Of a stretch of 64,000 bases of DNA, positions 38,086 through 47,235 are shown in pieces. Every line of letters starts with the position of its first letter. The first letter of the stretch is position 1. The DNA comes from a virus, in IMG/VR virus record IMGVR_UViG_3300046791_000499, positions 64,001-128,000 of that record; one strand, given 5' to 3'. A program made the position numbers and the translations under genes. Below the pieces are notes generated by a model. It was given only the letters and a program-made list of their open reading frames with translations, did not search any database and had not been told where the DNA came from.

Positions 38086-38348
38086 GGTTCGATCTCCCGT
38101 GCTCGGCAGCCATGCCACTTCCCACCCGGCTGCTCCAAGAACAGGCTCTCGCCCGACTTGGCTGCGACGGTCCACTCCTCGCCCTTGCATCGCACGACCT
38201 CACCGACCTCATAGGTCCGAGCAGCGCGGTTGTCGATCCACTGCTGGACCTTCCGGGCTTGCGGTGGGATCCGCCAGAGGCACAGCATCCAGCCGAGTGC
38301 GTAGTCGGTAACCTTCGCCGCGGTGGTGAGCACACGCCTGCCGATCAT
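38082..38348 (-). CDS. Hypothetical protein
   Basis: ATGA-coupled ORF. Confidence 0.55.
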   Translation of the reverse strand: MIGRRVLTTAAKVTDYALGWMLCLWRIPPQARKVQQWIDNRAARTYEVGEVVRCKGEEWTVAAKSGESLFLEQPGGKWHGCRAREIEP

Positions 38349-38746
38349 GACCCGACCTCCATTGCCGCCATGGCCTCGAGCACGTCGAGTTCGCTGGGTG
38401 CGTAGCCTCGGACATGTGCGACGCGGATCATAGCGATGATCACCCGCATCATTCCGCGGCCGTTGTCGTCTTGGGCGTCTTGCTCGGCCCACTCCGGGGT
38501 CTCGGTCTCGTGGCTGGGGACCCCGCCGACGGACCTTGCCCACGCTTGCACGTGCGCCCACGTCACGCCGGCCTGGCTTACGTCTGCAGGTTCGACCTTG
38601 ACGCGACGACGGTGCCACTCGCGATCGGCGAGCAGGGCTGCGATGGCGTCAGCGGCAAGGCTTCCCCACGGTGGAGGCAGGTCGCCGCGCACGTAGATGC
38701 GCAATTGATCCACGTCGTGAAGCGTCATCTTCTCGGGCTCGATCAT
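38345..38746 (-). CDS. Hypothetical protein (paralog of 38743-39195)
   Basis: 'RVKVEP.D' and 'LDVLEAMA' shared with the paralog. Confidence 0.65.
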   Translation of the reverse strand: MIEPEKMTLHDVDQLRIYVRGDLPPPWGSLAADAIAALLADREWHRRRVKVEPADVSQAGVTWAHVQAWARSVGGVPSHETETPEWAEQDAQDDNGRGMMRVIIAMIRVAHVRGYAPSELDVLEAMAAMEVGS

Positions 38747-39195
38747 GGCTGGATCTCCGCTCCGGCCATGGCATCGAGTACGTCGAGCGGCGGCTGGCCT
38801 TCCACCTTGGCGACTGCATTCACGAGCGTGGCCATGATGCCGGCGAAGTCAGGCGCATCGGTGAGCTGCGGGATCCGAACATCTCGGCCGCGCTTCTCCA
38901 AGAGCACCATGGTGGTCAGGTCACCGCGACGGGCTTCGATTCGGTTTCCCCAACCAATTTCAAGTAGGTGCGCTTCGACGCGGTGAGGGTCCAGCCATGC
39001 GGCATCGTCTGGCTCCACCTTGACACGAGCGCGGAGCCGCGTGATCAAGGCCGCCTGAGCGTCGACGAGCGAGAGCAGTTCGCGGGTCTCGACGTCAGCG
39101 AAACATCCTGGAACGGCTATCTCGCACAACCGTCGGATGACATCGAGCCGCTCGGCGTTCGGGACGGGCAGCGGAACCTTGGGCTTGCGCGTCAT
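38743..39195 (-). CDS. Hypothetical protein (paralog of 38345-38746)
   Basis: 'RVKVEPDD', 'LDVLDAMA'. Confidence 0.65.
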   Translation of the reverse strand: MTRKPKVPLPVPNAERLDVIRRLCEIAVPGCFADVETRELLSLVDAQAALITRLRARVKVEPDDAAWLDPHRVEAHLLEIGWGNRIEARRGDLTTMVLLEKRGRDVRIPQLTDAPDFAGIMATLVNAVAKVEGQPPLDVLDAMAGAEIQP

Positions 39196-39440
39196 GGATA
39201 CGCCGCCTGGTCGATCTCGACGTGGCCAAGGTAGCGCGCCTGGTACTCCTGGCTGACCATGAGCGTATCCGGCCTTCCGGTCCAAGTAGCGACGACCTTG
39301 GGGTAGATGCCCTGCTCTCCGATCGGGTGCGTCACGAGCAACACAGCGCCAGCGAACTCGATGAGATCACCACGGGTCAGCCACGATGCGGCGCGTGCGT
39401 GACTGGTTTCGATCTTCGCGGTTGGCATTGGTTCGGCCAT
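39192..39440 (-). CDS. Hypothetical protein
   Basis: ATGA-coupled ORF. Confidence 0.55.
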   Translation of the reverse strand: MAEPMPTAKIETSHARAASWLTRGDLIEFAGAVLLVTHPIGEQGIYPKVVATWTGRPDTLMVSQEYQARYLGHVEIDQAAYP

Positions 39441-39480
39441 GTTGGGCCAACCGCTTCGAGCGCGGCTTATTCCTGGCCGC

Positions 39481-39948
39481 TCAGTCGAAGCGCTTCCCGA
39501 TCTTCATGCCGGTTCGCGTGCGGTCGATCGACGTCACAGCCGCAGCCAACGCGCGGACATCGGACCGACGCTTCACCCGGCCGCCGCGGGGCTGATGGTG
39601 CGTGACGATTGCTGCTTCGATGACCTCATCGTCCGAGCAGCCGAGGCCGCGCATCTTGGCGATGACCTCCCCGAACGTGTCCGCCTCGAGCGAGTCGTCG
39701 CCAACGAGGATCTGAAATCGCGGCTCGGGTCCAAGGCTGCGGTAGGGATCAGTCTGCGCCTTGCGGATCCGCGCTCGGGCTCGCCTGCGAGACCACGCCA
39801 GCCACAGCCGTTGACGCAGCACTTGGATCGCCAGCCATGCCGCGCCGAACAACTCGGCCAGATCAGCGCCATCGCTTGTGCACCGGCACCGGCCGGTCGG
39901 CTCACCCGTCTTCCACCCCTGGCCGCAGCCCTCGCAGCGGACGCTCAT
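39481..39948 (-). CDS. Hypothetical protein with CxxC
   Basis: ORF coupled to its upstream neighbour. Confidence 0.55.
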   Translation of the reverse strand: MSVRCEGCGQGWKTGEPTGRCRCTSDGADLAELFGAAWLAIQVLRQRLWLAWSRRRARARIRKAQTDPYRSLGPEPRFQILVGDDSLEADTFGEVIAKMRGLGCSDDEVIEAAIVTHHQPRGGRVKRRSDVRALAAAVTSIDRTRTGMKIGKRFD

Positions 39949-40295
39949 TTCGGTGGCAGCCCCTGCGCCGCACGCTTCGCGGGGTTCGGCGAGACCGGGC
40001 TGATGGTCCCGTTGCGCAGTCCGGCGCCGAGCGCATCGATCACCACGGACAGGCAGAAACTACCGTCGATACGGAAGGCGCGTTCGTCCGCACCCCACGT
40101 TCGGTCCGAGTCGCCGCTCGCCGTGGTCCAGTCTGCGAAGGTGTAGGGCCCCGCGCCGAGATGCGCTTTCATCCCGATCACGAGGAACGTCACCACCTGG
40201 TTCCCACATACAAATACCGCATGCTGGGAGAAGCCTTGCGCATCCTCTTTGCGGGCCGTCTCGACCCTGGCGAGCGTCCAACTTGGCGTGGTCAT
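39945..40295 (-). CDS. Hypothetical protein
   Basis: Beta-rich 116-aa ORF. Confidence 0.55.
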   Translation of the reverse strand: MTTPSWTLARVETARKEDAQGFSQHAVFVCGNQVVTFLVIGMKAHLGAGPYTFADWTTASGDSDRTWGADERAFRIDGSFCLSVVIDALGAGLRNGTISPVSPNPAKRAAQGLPPK

Positions 40296-40322
40296 GCGGT
40301 CACGACCGGCCAGGCCAGCCGC

Positions 40323-40583
40323 TCATTCCCGGAACCGAGGCCGACCCAGGCCACCGCTCTCGAGCACCACGTGGGAGTGCGGACGGCCATGCTCGTGGGC
40401 GATGACGTTGGGCGGTAGCACGAACGGGATCGGCCCAGCGAGTTCGATGGTGAACGAGTACGTCTTCCCGTAGTGCACGTCGGGCTTGGGCGACGAGCCG
40501 AGCCAGGGGCTCGAGGTCACGGGAGCGCCGTCGATGAAGATCTCCACGCGTGCCGGGTCGACGGCGATCACCTGGGTCCCCAT
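40323..40583 (-). CDS. Small protein with a tail-tube-like N-terminus
   Basis: 'VIAVDPARVEIFIDGAPVT', 'YSFTIEL'. Confidence 0.45.
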   Translation of the reverse strand: MGTQVIAVDPARVEIFIDGAPVTSSPWLGSSPKPDVHYGKTYSFTIELAGPIPFVLPPNVIAHEHGRPHSHVVLESGGLGRPRFRE

Positions 40584-40585
40584 GG

Positions 40586-41101
40586 CTACGGCGTCAGCTT
40601 CGTCAGGTCGCGAGCCCGAGACTTGGTCAGCGACGCGATGACCGGCGTCACACCTATGTTGAGCGCGGCGGCCATCTGCTCCGGGGTCTTGGCCTCGCGG
40701 ATCAACGGGATACACCGGGCGAGGGTCAGGCACAGGATGATCCCCTCGGGGGTGCCGAGCGCCAGTTTGGACGTGGCCTTCGTTTTCATCTCAGGGTCCA
40801 ACGTGATCGTGGTCTCGATCATGTTGGAGATGAACGAGGCGAGCGCGACCTCCTCTGGTTCGCACTCGACCCCGCGTTTGCGCAACTCCTCGGCCATGCG
40901 CTCGGCGACATCGAGCATGTCGCCCGTGATCTCGAACGGGGGCACGCGGGACTCGGCCCAGTGCTTGGCCTCTGCTTCCATCGCCGCGAGCAGGTCCCAT
41001 TGCGTGACGACCTCCTGGTAGGTGGGTTCGCCTTCACCCTCGCAGCCGAGGTATCCGCGAGCCCACGCGAGGCGGCGGTCCTTTTCGATGTCCATGGTCA
41101 T
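40586..41101 (-). CDS. Helical hypothetical protein
   Basis: ORF with phage-like codon usage. Confidence 0.6.
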   Translation of the reverse strand: MTMDIEKDRRLAWARGYLGCEGEGEPTYQEVVTQWDLLAAMEAEAKHWAESRVPPFEITGDMLDVAERMAEELRKRGVECEPEEVALASFISNMIETTITLDPEMKTKATSKLALGTPEGIILCLTLARCIPLIREAKTPEQMAAALNIGVTPVIASLTKSRARDLTKLTP

Positions 41102-41114
41102 GTCGGAGACCATG

Positions 41115-41621
41115 CTATTCGACCGGCGTGAGCTTGTCGCGGCCGATGAACTGCGAGCGTTTCCCGTCGATGCCGATGTAGTCACCTTGCAGCTTTCCAC
41201 CGCCGCCGATCCGCGTTGAACCGAGGGGAACCAGGACGATCTCGCCGAGCAAGTGTTCGTACACGAGATCGTAGCGACACTCGAATTCGTAGTGGCCGAA
41301 GTGACCCTCGTGCATCGACATCTGCAGACGCGGCACGGGCAGGCCGTGTGGGTCCACGTCCAGGCTCGTGTGCCCGGTCCAATGCCTGGCGTTTTCGAGT
41401 TCGTCGATCCGGTCGCGCGCCTCCGCCAGCCGTTCCTCGGCTTCTCCGAGCTGGTCGTTCAGACGCTCGTATAGCTTGACCCGATCCCCGCCAGCCCGAT
41501 CGAATTGAATGCCGATCTGGGCCAGTACACAGATATCGTCGTCGTCCACACCCAGGCTGGTGAAAATGGTGGCGTCGGCGGTCAGGGCCCGCATGATGGC
41601 GTCGAGGCGCTCGGTGTCCAT
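41115..41621 (-). CDS. Hypothetical protein with coiled coil
   Basis: 'LPVPRLQM...CRYDLVYEH...VPLG.T'. Confidence 0.6.
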   Translation of the reverse strand: MDTERLDAIMRALTADATIFTSLGVDDDDICVLAQIGIQFDRAGGDRVKLYERLNDQLGEAEERLAEARDRIDELENARHWTGHTSLDVDPHGLPVPRLQMSMHEGHFGHYEFECRYDLVYEHLLGEIVLVPLGSTRIGGGGKLQGDYIGIDGKRSQFIGRDKLTPVE

Positions 41622-41858
41622 GTGTCGGCCAACCGCGAAGCTACTTGCCAGATTCCCTCGCCAGGCTATCCCAGTAGTCGACTTGGCCGTCAACGATGGC
41701 CGGCTCGCACCTTGCCCACTCCCCTGGTCGCGGAGGTCGTGGCCCGCCCGGGAGCGCGGTGCGAGCCAGGTTGCTGAGGTCGGTGAAGTCGATCCCGCCA
41801 CGGCGCAGACGCAGCGCGGGATACGGGTGAGCGTCCATGCAGGTTTGTTCAGAAACAC

Positions 41859-42074
41859 TCATGATCGTCCACCCCTCTTCGGCTGTGCGCGGTTCTGGTC
41901 ACGGAGCGCCAGCATGCCGAGCAGCACCCACGTCGCCGCGCCGATCCCCTCGAGCAGCGAGTATGTGTAGCCGTCTTGCACGAGCGGTCCAAAGAGGTAG
42001 CCGAGCCCCATCTGGTGCCCGAGGATCGTGATCCACGGGACGCCGCGAAAGCCCTTGGATCGGGGTTCGGTCAT
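41859..42074 (-). CDS. Small two-TM membrane protein
   Basis: Two hydrophobic stretches and a basic C-terminus. Confidence 0.45.
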   Translation of the reverse strand: MTEPRSKGFRGVPWITILGHQMGLGYLFGPLVQDGYTYSLLEGIGAATWVLLGMLALRDQNRAQPKRGGRS

Positions 42075-42578
42075 CGGTGCCGTCCTCCGCCCATGCCGAG
42101 AGCGAGCGGCAGCAAGTAGAGCAGAGGGCTCATCCGAAGCTTGGTTCGCCGTGGCCGCCGAGCGCGAACCGGTGCCGGTGTCTGCCGCACGTCGGCGAGG
42201 ATCTTCCGCTCGAGCGCGACGATCTCGATGCACTGCGGGCAGCACCACGACGGCGCCACGCCACGCTTGACCGAGCGCGTCTTCCACCCGGCGACGACGG
42301 CAGCGGGACCGCGCCGGGGTCCGACGCGCCCACACGTGCACACGGCCGATCGGTTCGACTGTCCCATTACCGCCCGGCACCCGCAGCCATGGGCACCATG
42401 CGAGGCTCGGGCTTGACGCTCGCGGGCCGCGGCTTGCCGGCCTGCGCGATCCAGTAGGACCTCGGCGCGGGCGAAAGCGCGCTCGCGAGCAGGCGGTGGA
42501 CGAAGACTTCGTTGGTGAGGGTGATCGGTTGGAGTGCCATGTCGCGCCCTACCCAAGAGCCCCGCGGGTTCTTCCCGG

Positions 42579-43598
42579 TCATTCGCCCAACATGGCGACC
42601 CAGGTGTTCCCGTCGACCACACCGGTCTCGGGCAGCGCCATCTCGCGCTGGAACGCCTTCACCGCGTCGAGCGTCTTGGGGCCCGGGAGCCCATCCGGGA
42701 AGCCTTCGTCGTCCACGAGCCCATCGGGACCGAAGCCCCAGGCGAGCAGCAAACCTTGGATCTCTTTGAGATGCTGGTCGACGGTGCCCTTGGTCAAGGT
42801 CGCGACCGACACGACGTGGAAGATCCCGCCGGTCCGTCGGGGCACGGGCGGCAGGACCGGGTGAGACGTGGCCAGGCAGGCGAGGAACTCGATCACGTCA
42901 TCATCCTCCATGACCGAATTGATGGTCCAGTAGCAGACGCGCTTGATGCCGGCTGCGACCACGTCATCGATGCATGGCTGCATCGTGGAGACCGCGTCGT
43001 CGGCCTGCTTGTACCCGGCCAAGCCCATGATCCACCCCTCGACCGGCTCGCCGTACCGTTCCCGCCATTCACCGAGGCTGTAGGTGACGACCTTGTCGGG
43101 GCTCGACTGGCTCTCCTCGGTTGCGTAGGACTGGGGCGACCAGACGACGCAGACCTTGGCGAGTTCGACCAGCTCGGTGAGCGCGGCCCCGATGCCCGAC
43201 AGCCCCAGCCGCGGGAACACGCGCTCGGCCTTCGCTGCCGCCGCCGCGTAATCGAAGCACCCGGTGGCGTCGCACCACGGCCCCTCGGCGTCCCACATGA
43301 GCAGGGTGGCGCCCGTGCTGGCGATCAAGCCGGGCAGCACGGCGAGGGCCCCGTCCATGAACAAGTCGTGGGGCATGATCCACGACGTCAGGTGGACCTC
43401 GATACCGGCGTCGCGGCACGCCTTGGCCATCGCGTTGATCTTGTCAACCGGAAACGTCGAAAACGCCGTAGGCCCACGAGCTTTCAAGAAGTCGTTGAGC
43501 ATCAAGTTGGCCACCTTTACCTTGGCGGCCTGCAGATTTCGGATCGTCTCCGCTGGGTCAGAGAAGCAGGATGATGGTAGCCAGGCGTGTACTCGCAC
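42579..43598 (-). CDS. Putative endolysin: TIM-barrel-like domain + C-terminal peptidoglycan-binding domain
   Basis: 'IQGLLLAWGF...DGLPGPKTLDAVKAFQREMALPETGVVDGNTW'; N-terminal 'MWDAE', 'SPQSY'. Confidence 0.8.
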   Translation of the reverse strand: MRVHAWLPSSCFSDPAETIRNLQAAKVKVANLMLNDFLKARGPTAFSTFPVDKINAMAKACRDAGIEVHLTSWIMPHDLFMDGALAVLPGLIASTGATLLMWDAEGPWCDATGCFDYAAAAAKAERVFPRLGLSGIGAALTELVELAKVCVVWSPQSYATEESQSSPDKVVTYSLGEWRERYGEPVEGWIMGLAGYKQADDAVSTMQPCIDDVVAAGIKRVCYWTINSVMEDDDVIEFLACLATSHPVLPPVPRRTGGIFHVVSVATLTKGTVDQHLKEIQGLLLAWGFGPDGLVDDEGFPDGLPGPKTLDAVKAFQREMALPETGVVDGNTWVAMLGE

Positions 43599-43887
43599 GC
43601 GCGGAAGGTATCACCGCTCACTCGCCGTGCGGAGGTCTATCTCGCAGGGCCTCGCACCGATCGCCGTCACCGAGCCTCGCGTGGACGAACCTGAACCCCG
43701 TCCACGCGAGAGGCTGACCGCATCGTGGGCATGTACGCATCAATCTGCCGTCTTCGGATCCGCTGGTCACCGCGCTACCACGGTTCCTCATGGGGCTTGC
43801 GCATGATCTTGTGCATGACCGAGCCTCCGACCACGGCGGCCTCGAAATCGCTGACGCCGTGATCGCACCAACTGCACTTTGCCCTGT

Positions 43888-45423
43888 TCATGGCTGGTCC
43901 TCTCCATCGTCCGCTGGCGACGCGAGCCCACACCCGAGCGCGAGCACGCGGACACACGCACGCTGCTTGGCTACCTTCGCCGAAGAGGCGACGACCCATT
44001 TGGTGGCGAACGTCTCCCCGTTGGCTCGGACCGCGGCCTTGACCGCATGGACCAGCGCATGCTCGGGCCCGCGGCGGTCGGTCTCGTAGTCGATGCCGCT
44101 CCATCCCGCCATCTGCCGACAGAGCATCGCCACCGACACAGCCAGGTGCGGGTTCTCGGCAAGGTAGCTGACGACGGCCTGGCGAAGTCCGGCCCAGGCC
44201 GCGACCTCGGGCGTTTGCATCGGCTCGATCAAGACCGTGAACAGGTCGAGGATCGGCGCGGAGCCGGTCCCCATGCGGCGCTTGAACTCGCGGGCGAACG
44301 CGTCGTTGTAGGAGCCAGACCGCGCGAGCACCTTGGCCACGCGCTCGAACGCCTTCACCGGCAGCGCTGCATAGTCCTCCGTCCGAATGTTCTCCTCCGC
44401 GCGCGCCGTCGCCTGCGTTCGGCCGACATGACTGGCGCGCTCTCGAAGGGCCTCCGTCCGCGCGTTGATGTGGTCGCAGATCCGCGCGATATCCTCGTGG
44501 CTGTAGGGGAGCGCATCGCCTCGGATCCACGCGGTCAACTGCCGCTGGGTCACGAGGTCCGCGAGGCGTCGGATCGGTGACGTGCAATGTAGGTACCCCG
44601 GCAGGTTCAGGCCGAAGTGTCCACGCAGCCGCGACCCGTACTCGGCGCGGTTCATGGACATGTGGGCGTGCAGCCGTAGCAATTCCACGCCCGCGAGCGG
44701 CGTGGCGAGAGCAGCGTTGATCTGGCTCATGAGATCGGCGCGGTCGGGCGCGTGGATCTTGGCCGTGTGGTTGCGCCACGGCACCGGGATCTCGTGCTCG
44801 GCGCACAGCCTGGCGACCTCGGCGTTGGCCAGGATCATCATCTCCTGCACGATGATGTGGCCGATCGTCTCGCGGGTGTCTTTGAGGCGATGCAGCGCGC
44901 CGTCCTCGGTCGTGACCCAGCCAGTGTTCAAGTCGTAGAACACGAGCGCTCCCCGAGCCCGCCGCTTGTCCATGAGCGCGGAGGCCAAGACGGACATCGT
45001 CTCCATCGGCTGGTGAAACTCATGCGCCATGTCGGCGAGCACGGCGGGGATCTCCGTGTAGGCGAAGCGCTTGCGGCTGGTGAACACCACGCGCTTGACC
45101 TCGGGCAACGCCAGCGGCTCGAGCCCATGATCGAGCAGCATGACGATCCGCATGCCCTGCCGGCGCTCGCCCTCGAGCAGCGACGCCTTGGCCTCGACCT
45201 CCCGGCTGAGCATGGGATGGGTCATGCCATTGGGGAGGTAGCGCGTCTCGACTCGCTCGACCGCGGCGTCGTCCATGCGTGTGCCGATGCCGACGCGGTA
45301 CGCGACGTCGGCGATCGTGACCGTGATCTTCCAGCGTCCGTCCGCGTGCTCGGCCCACACAGCGTCGTCGAGATCCTGCGAATGGCTTGCGTCGATCGTA
45401 ACGCCTTTGTCCGTCTTCGTCAT
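43888..45423 (-). CDS. RNase II/R (RNB) domain exoribonuclease with C-terminal dsRBD-like domain
   Basis: 'TIDASHSQDLDDA', 'IADV', 'EMMILAN', 'HFGL', 'HCTSPIRRLADL'; 'GPEHAL', 'SAKVAKQRAC'. Confidence 0.9.
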   Translation of the reverse strand: MTKTDKGVTIDASHSQDLDDAVWAEHADGRWKITVTIADVAYRVGIGTRMDDAAVERVETRYLPNGMTHPMLSREVEAKASLLEGERRQGMRIVMLLDHGLEPLALPEVKRVVFTSRKRFAYTEIPAVLADMAHEFHQPMETMSVLASALMDKRRARGALVFYDLNTGWVTTEDGALHRLKDTRETIGHIIVQEMMILANAEVARLCAEHEIPVPWRNHTAKIHAPDRADLMSQINAALATPLAGVELLRLHAHMSMNRAEYGSRLRGHFGLNLPGYLHCTSPIRRLADLVTQRQLTAWIRGDALPYSHEDIARICDHINARTEALRERASHVGRTQATARAEENIRTEDYAALPVKAFERVAKVLARSGSYNDAFAREFKRRMGTGSAPILDLFTVLIEPMQTPEVAAWAGLRQAVVSYLAENPHLAVSVAMLCRQMAGWSGIDYETDRRGPEHALVHAVKAAVRANGETFATKWVVASSAKVAKQRACVRVLALGCGLASPADDGEDQP

Positions 45424-45435
45424 GGCTGGTCCTCT
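43888..45435. repeat. 16-bp direct repeat TCATGGCTGGTCCTCT at 43888-43903 and 45420-45435
   Basis: Read directly; flanks the RNase gene exactly. Confidence 0.9.
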
Positions 45436-45716
45436 TTGATCCTCGGGGAAGGTCATCGCGCACGGGCTCGAGCACGCGGGGCACATGTCTCCATCGACCT
45501 CGCTCTTGATCACGTGCCGAGAGACGTGGCCTTGCGTGCACCGAACCGTGAACTGGTCGTACCAACGGTCGGGCATCCCCATGAACATGCGGCCCCCTGC
45601 CTCGCGCTCGCGAGCGGCAGCGGCATCCCGGCGAGCCACGAGGGCGGCGATCTCCGCGTCGATCGATGAAGCCGCCGGAGGCTCGAACGCCTTGGGGTCG
45701 ATCGGATCGAAGGTGA

Positions 45717-46091
45717 TCACAGGGTCAACTCCATGTGCTCGACTGCGCGCTTGGTGATCTGGACGCCGAGCTGCCCGTCGATGTCGACCCACTCGAGCCA
45801 GTTGCTGCGGATCGTCTCGAGCAGCCGACTGCCCCGGGAGGTCTCCTTGAACACGACCATGCGGGTGCTGTGCGGCGCGCTCGCGGAGACGTCGTCGAGG
45901 TTCCACCCGTCCATGACGATCTCGCCAGTACGGACAGGACGCCAGGTCTCGCCGCATGCCTTGGCCACGGCGAGTAGGACCATCTCGGTGTCGCGGTGGC
46001 CGGTGAGGCTGTGGGCTCCCGAGCGGATGAGCCGGGCTGGGGTGATGGTGCAGGTGTTCGTATCCATGGGGTTTAGTTGTTGCTCGCTCAT
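45717..46091 (-). CDS. Hypothetical protein
   Basis: ORF, GTGA-coupled downstream. Confidence 0.55.
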   Translation of the reverse strand: MSEQQLNPMDTNTCTITPARLIRSGAHSLTGHRDTEMVLLAVAKACGETWRPVRTGEIVMDGWNLDDVSASAPHSTRMVVFKETSRGSRLLETIRSNWLEWVDIDGQLGVQITKRAVEHMELTL

Positions 46092-46093
46092 GG

Positions 46094-46525
46094 TCACCCA
46101 AACAGCCAATCCGAGATCACGGCGGTCGCTACGAGAGCGAAGATGAGCGTCCCGAACGGACCCCAACCCCACACGCCAGCGCCGAGCACCCCGAAGGTCA
46201 TGAACGTGACGAGACGGAGACCGCTGCGAGCGGGGCTGGACCTCTTGGCGACGGCCGTGGTCGCGGTGGCACGCATTTCGGTACGCTGCCCGTTGGAGAC
46301 CGAGACGACCTCGGCCTCGATCGTGCCCGGCGGTTCGGGCTCGCGGGTGTTGGTCGGCACGTACGGCGAGCGCGGATCTGGTCGGAACACTGGGACCTGC
46401 GTGATCGTGTAGCCATCGTTCGGAGCGCGACCGCGCTGCAGGCGTTCTTTGAGTTCGGTCAGATCCGGGGGCGCGGGCCGACGCGGATCTCGTGGGGTTC
46501 GTGGCGGACGGTCAGACCTGGCCAT
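46094..46525 (-). CDS. Pro-rich protein with two C-terminal TM helices
   Basis: Hydrophobic C-terminus. Confidence 0.55.
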   Translation of the reverse strand: MARSDRPPRTPRDPRRPAPPDLTELKERLQRGRAPNDGYTITQVPVFRPDPRSPYVPTNTREPEPPGTIEAEVVSVSNGQRTEMRATATTAVAKRSSPARSGLRLVTFMTFGVLGAGVWGWGPFGTLIFALVATAVISDWLFG

Positions 46526-47009
46526 GCTCGCCTCCGGTCTCGGGCTGGGGCCGCGTGTGGATGACGACCGGGGTCTCGTGGAACAGGTCCATCGTGTGCC
46601 GGCCGTAGGATTTGGGCGCGAAGATACTCGCTTGCACCAATCCGACCTTGCCCTTGGCTGTGTCGTAGACCCTGACCTCATCGATGATCCAGATGGGCAC
46701 CGGTGGCTGGCGGACGGAGCCGAGGCTTGATGCTGTCCCCTCGCCGGATGCACCCTTCACGAGCACGTCGCCAGGTCGAAGCTCATCGGCACGAACGACC
46801 ACGATGTCCGGCTTGGGCGGCGGCCTCTCGGGCTCGGGGTCCAGCCGCTTCGGGCTCGTCTCGTACCAGATCAGGAACGGAGCGAGGAAGGCCATCGCCA
46901 GCGCGATGAACGGGCTGACCAACGCGAGCCCCAGCCGCGCGATCGTCCGCCCAACCGGGCTTTCGATCTGCTGGATCCGTTCGATGGTGATGGGACGTCG
47001 CTTGCTCAT
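46512..47009 (-). CDS. Membrane protein
   Basis: TM segment 'LGLALVSPFIALAMAFLAPFLIW'. Confidence 0.55.
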   Translation of the reverse strand: MSKRRPITIERIQQIESPVGRTIARLGLALVSPFIALAMAFLAPFLIWYETSPKRLDPEPERPPPKPDIVVVRADELRPGDVLVKGASGEGTASSLGSVRQPPVPIWIIDEVRVYDTAKGKVGLVQASIFAPKSYGRHTMDLFHETPVVIHTRPQPETGGEHGQV

Positions 47010-47235
47010 GCCGGCCTCGACCGCGCTCGCGCCCCGCTCATTCCCGCCGCGCCCTTGCGGGAATGCCAGCGATGCTGGATGGTTGAACCTTCGCACCGCA
47101 GCCGGCGGCATGCTGCTCAGGGAGAGCCTGAGAGGACTTCTCGGTTGGTTCATCTGGTTCATGAAACACCGTCGGCTGCGGTAGCCTTGCGTGCTCAGCT
47201 TTCAGAGCAGACGCCAATGCGGTAGGCTATCCCGC

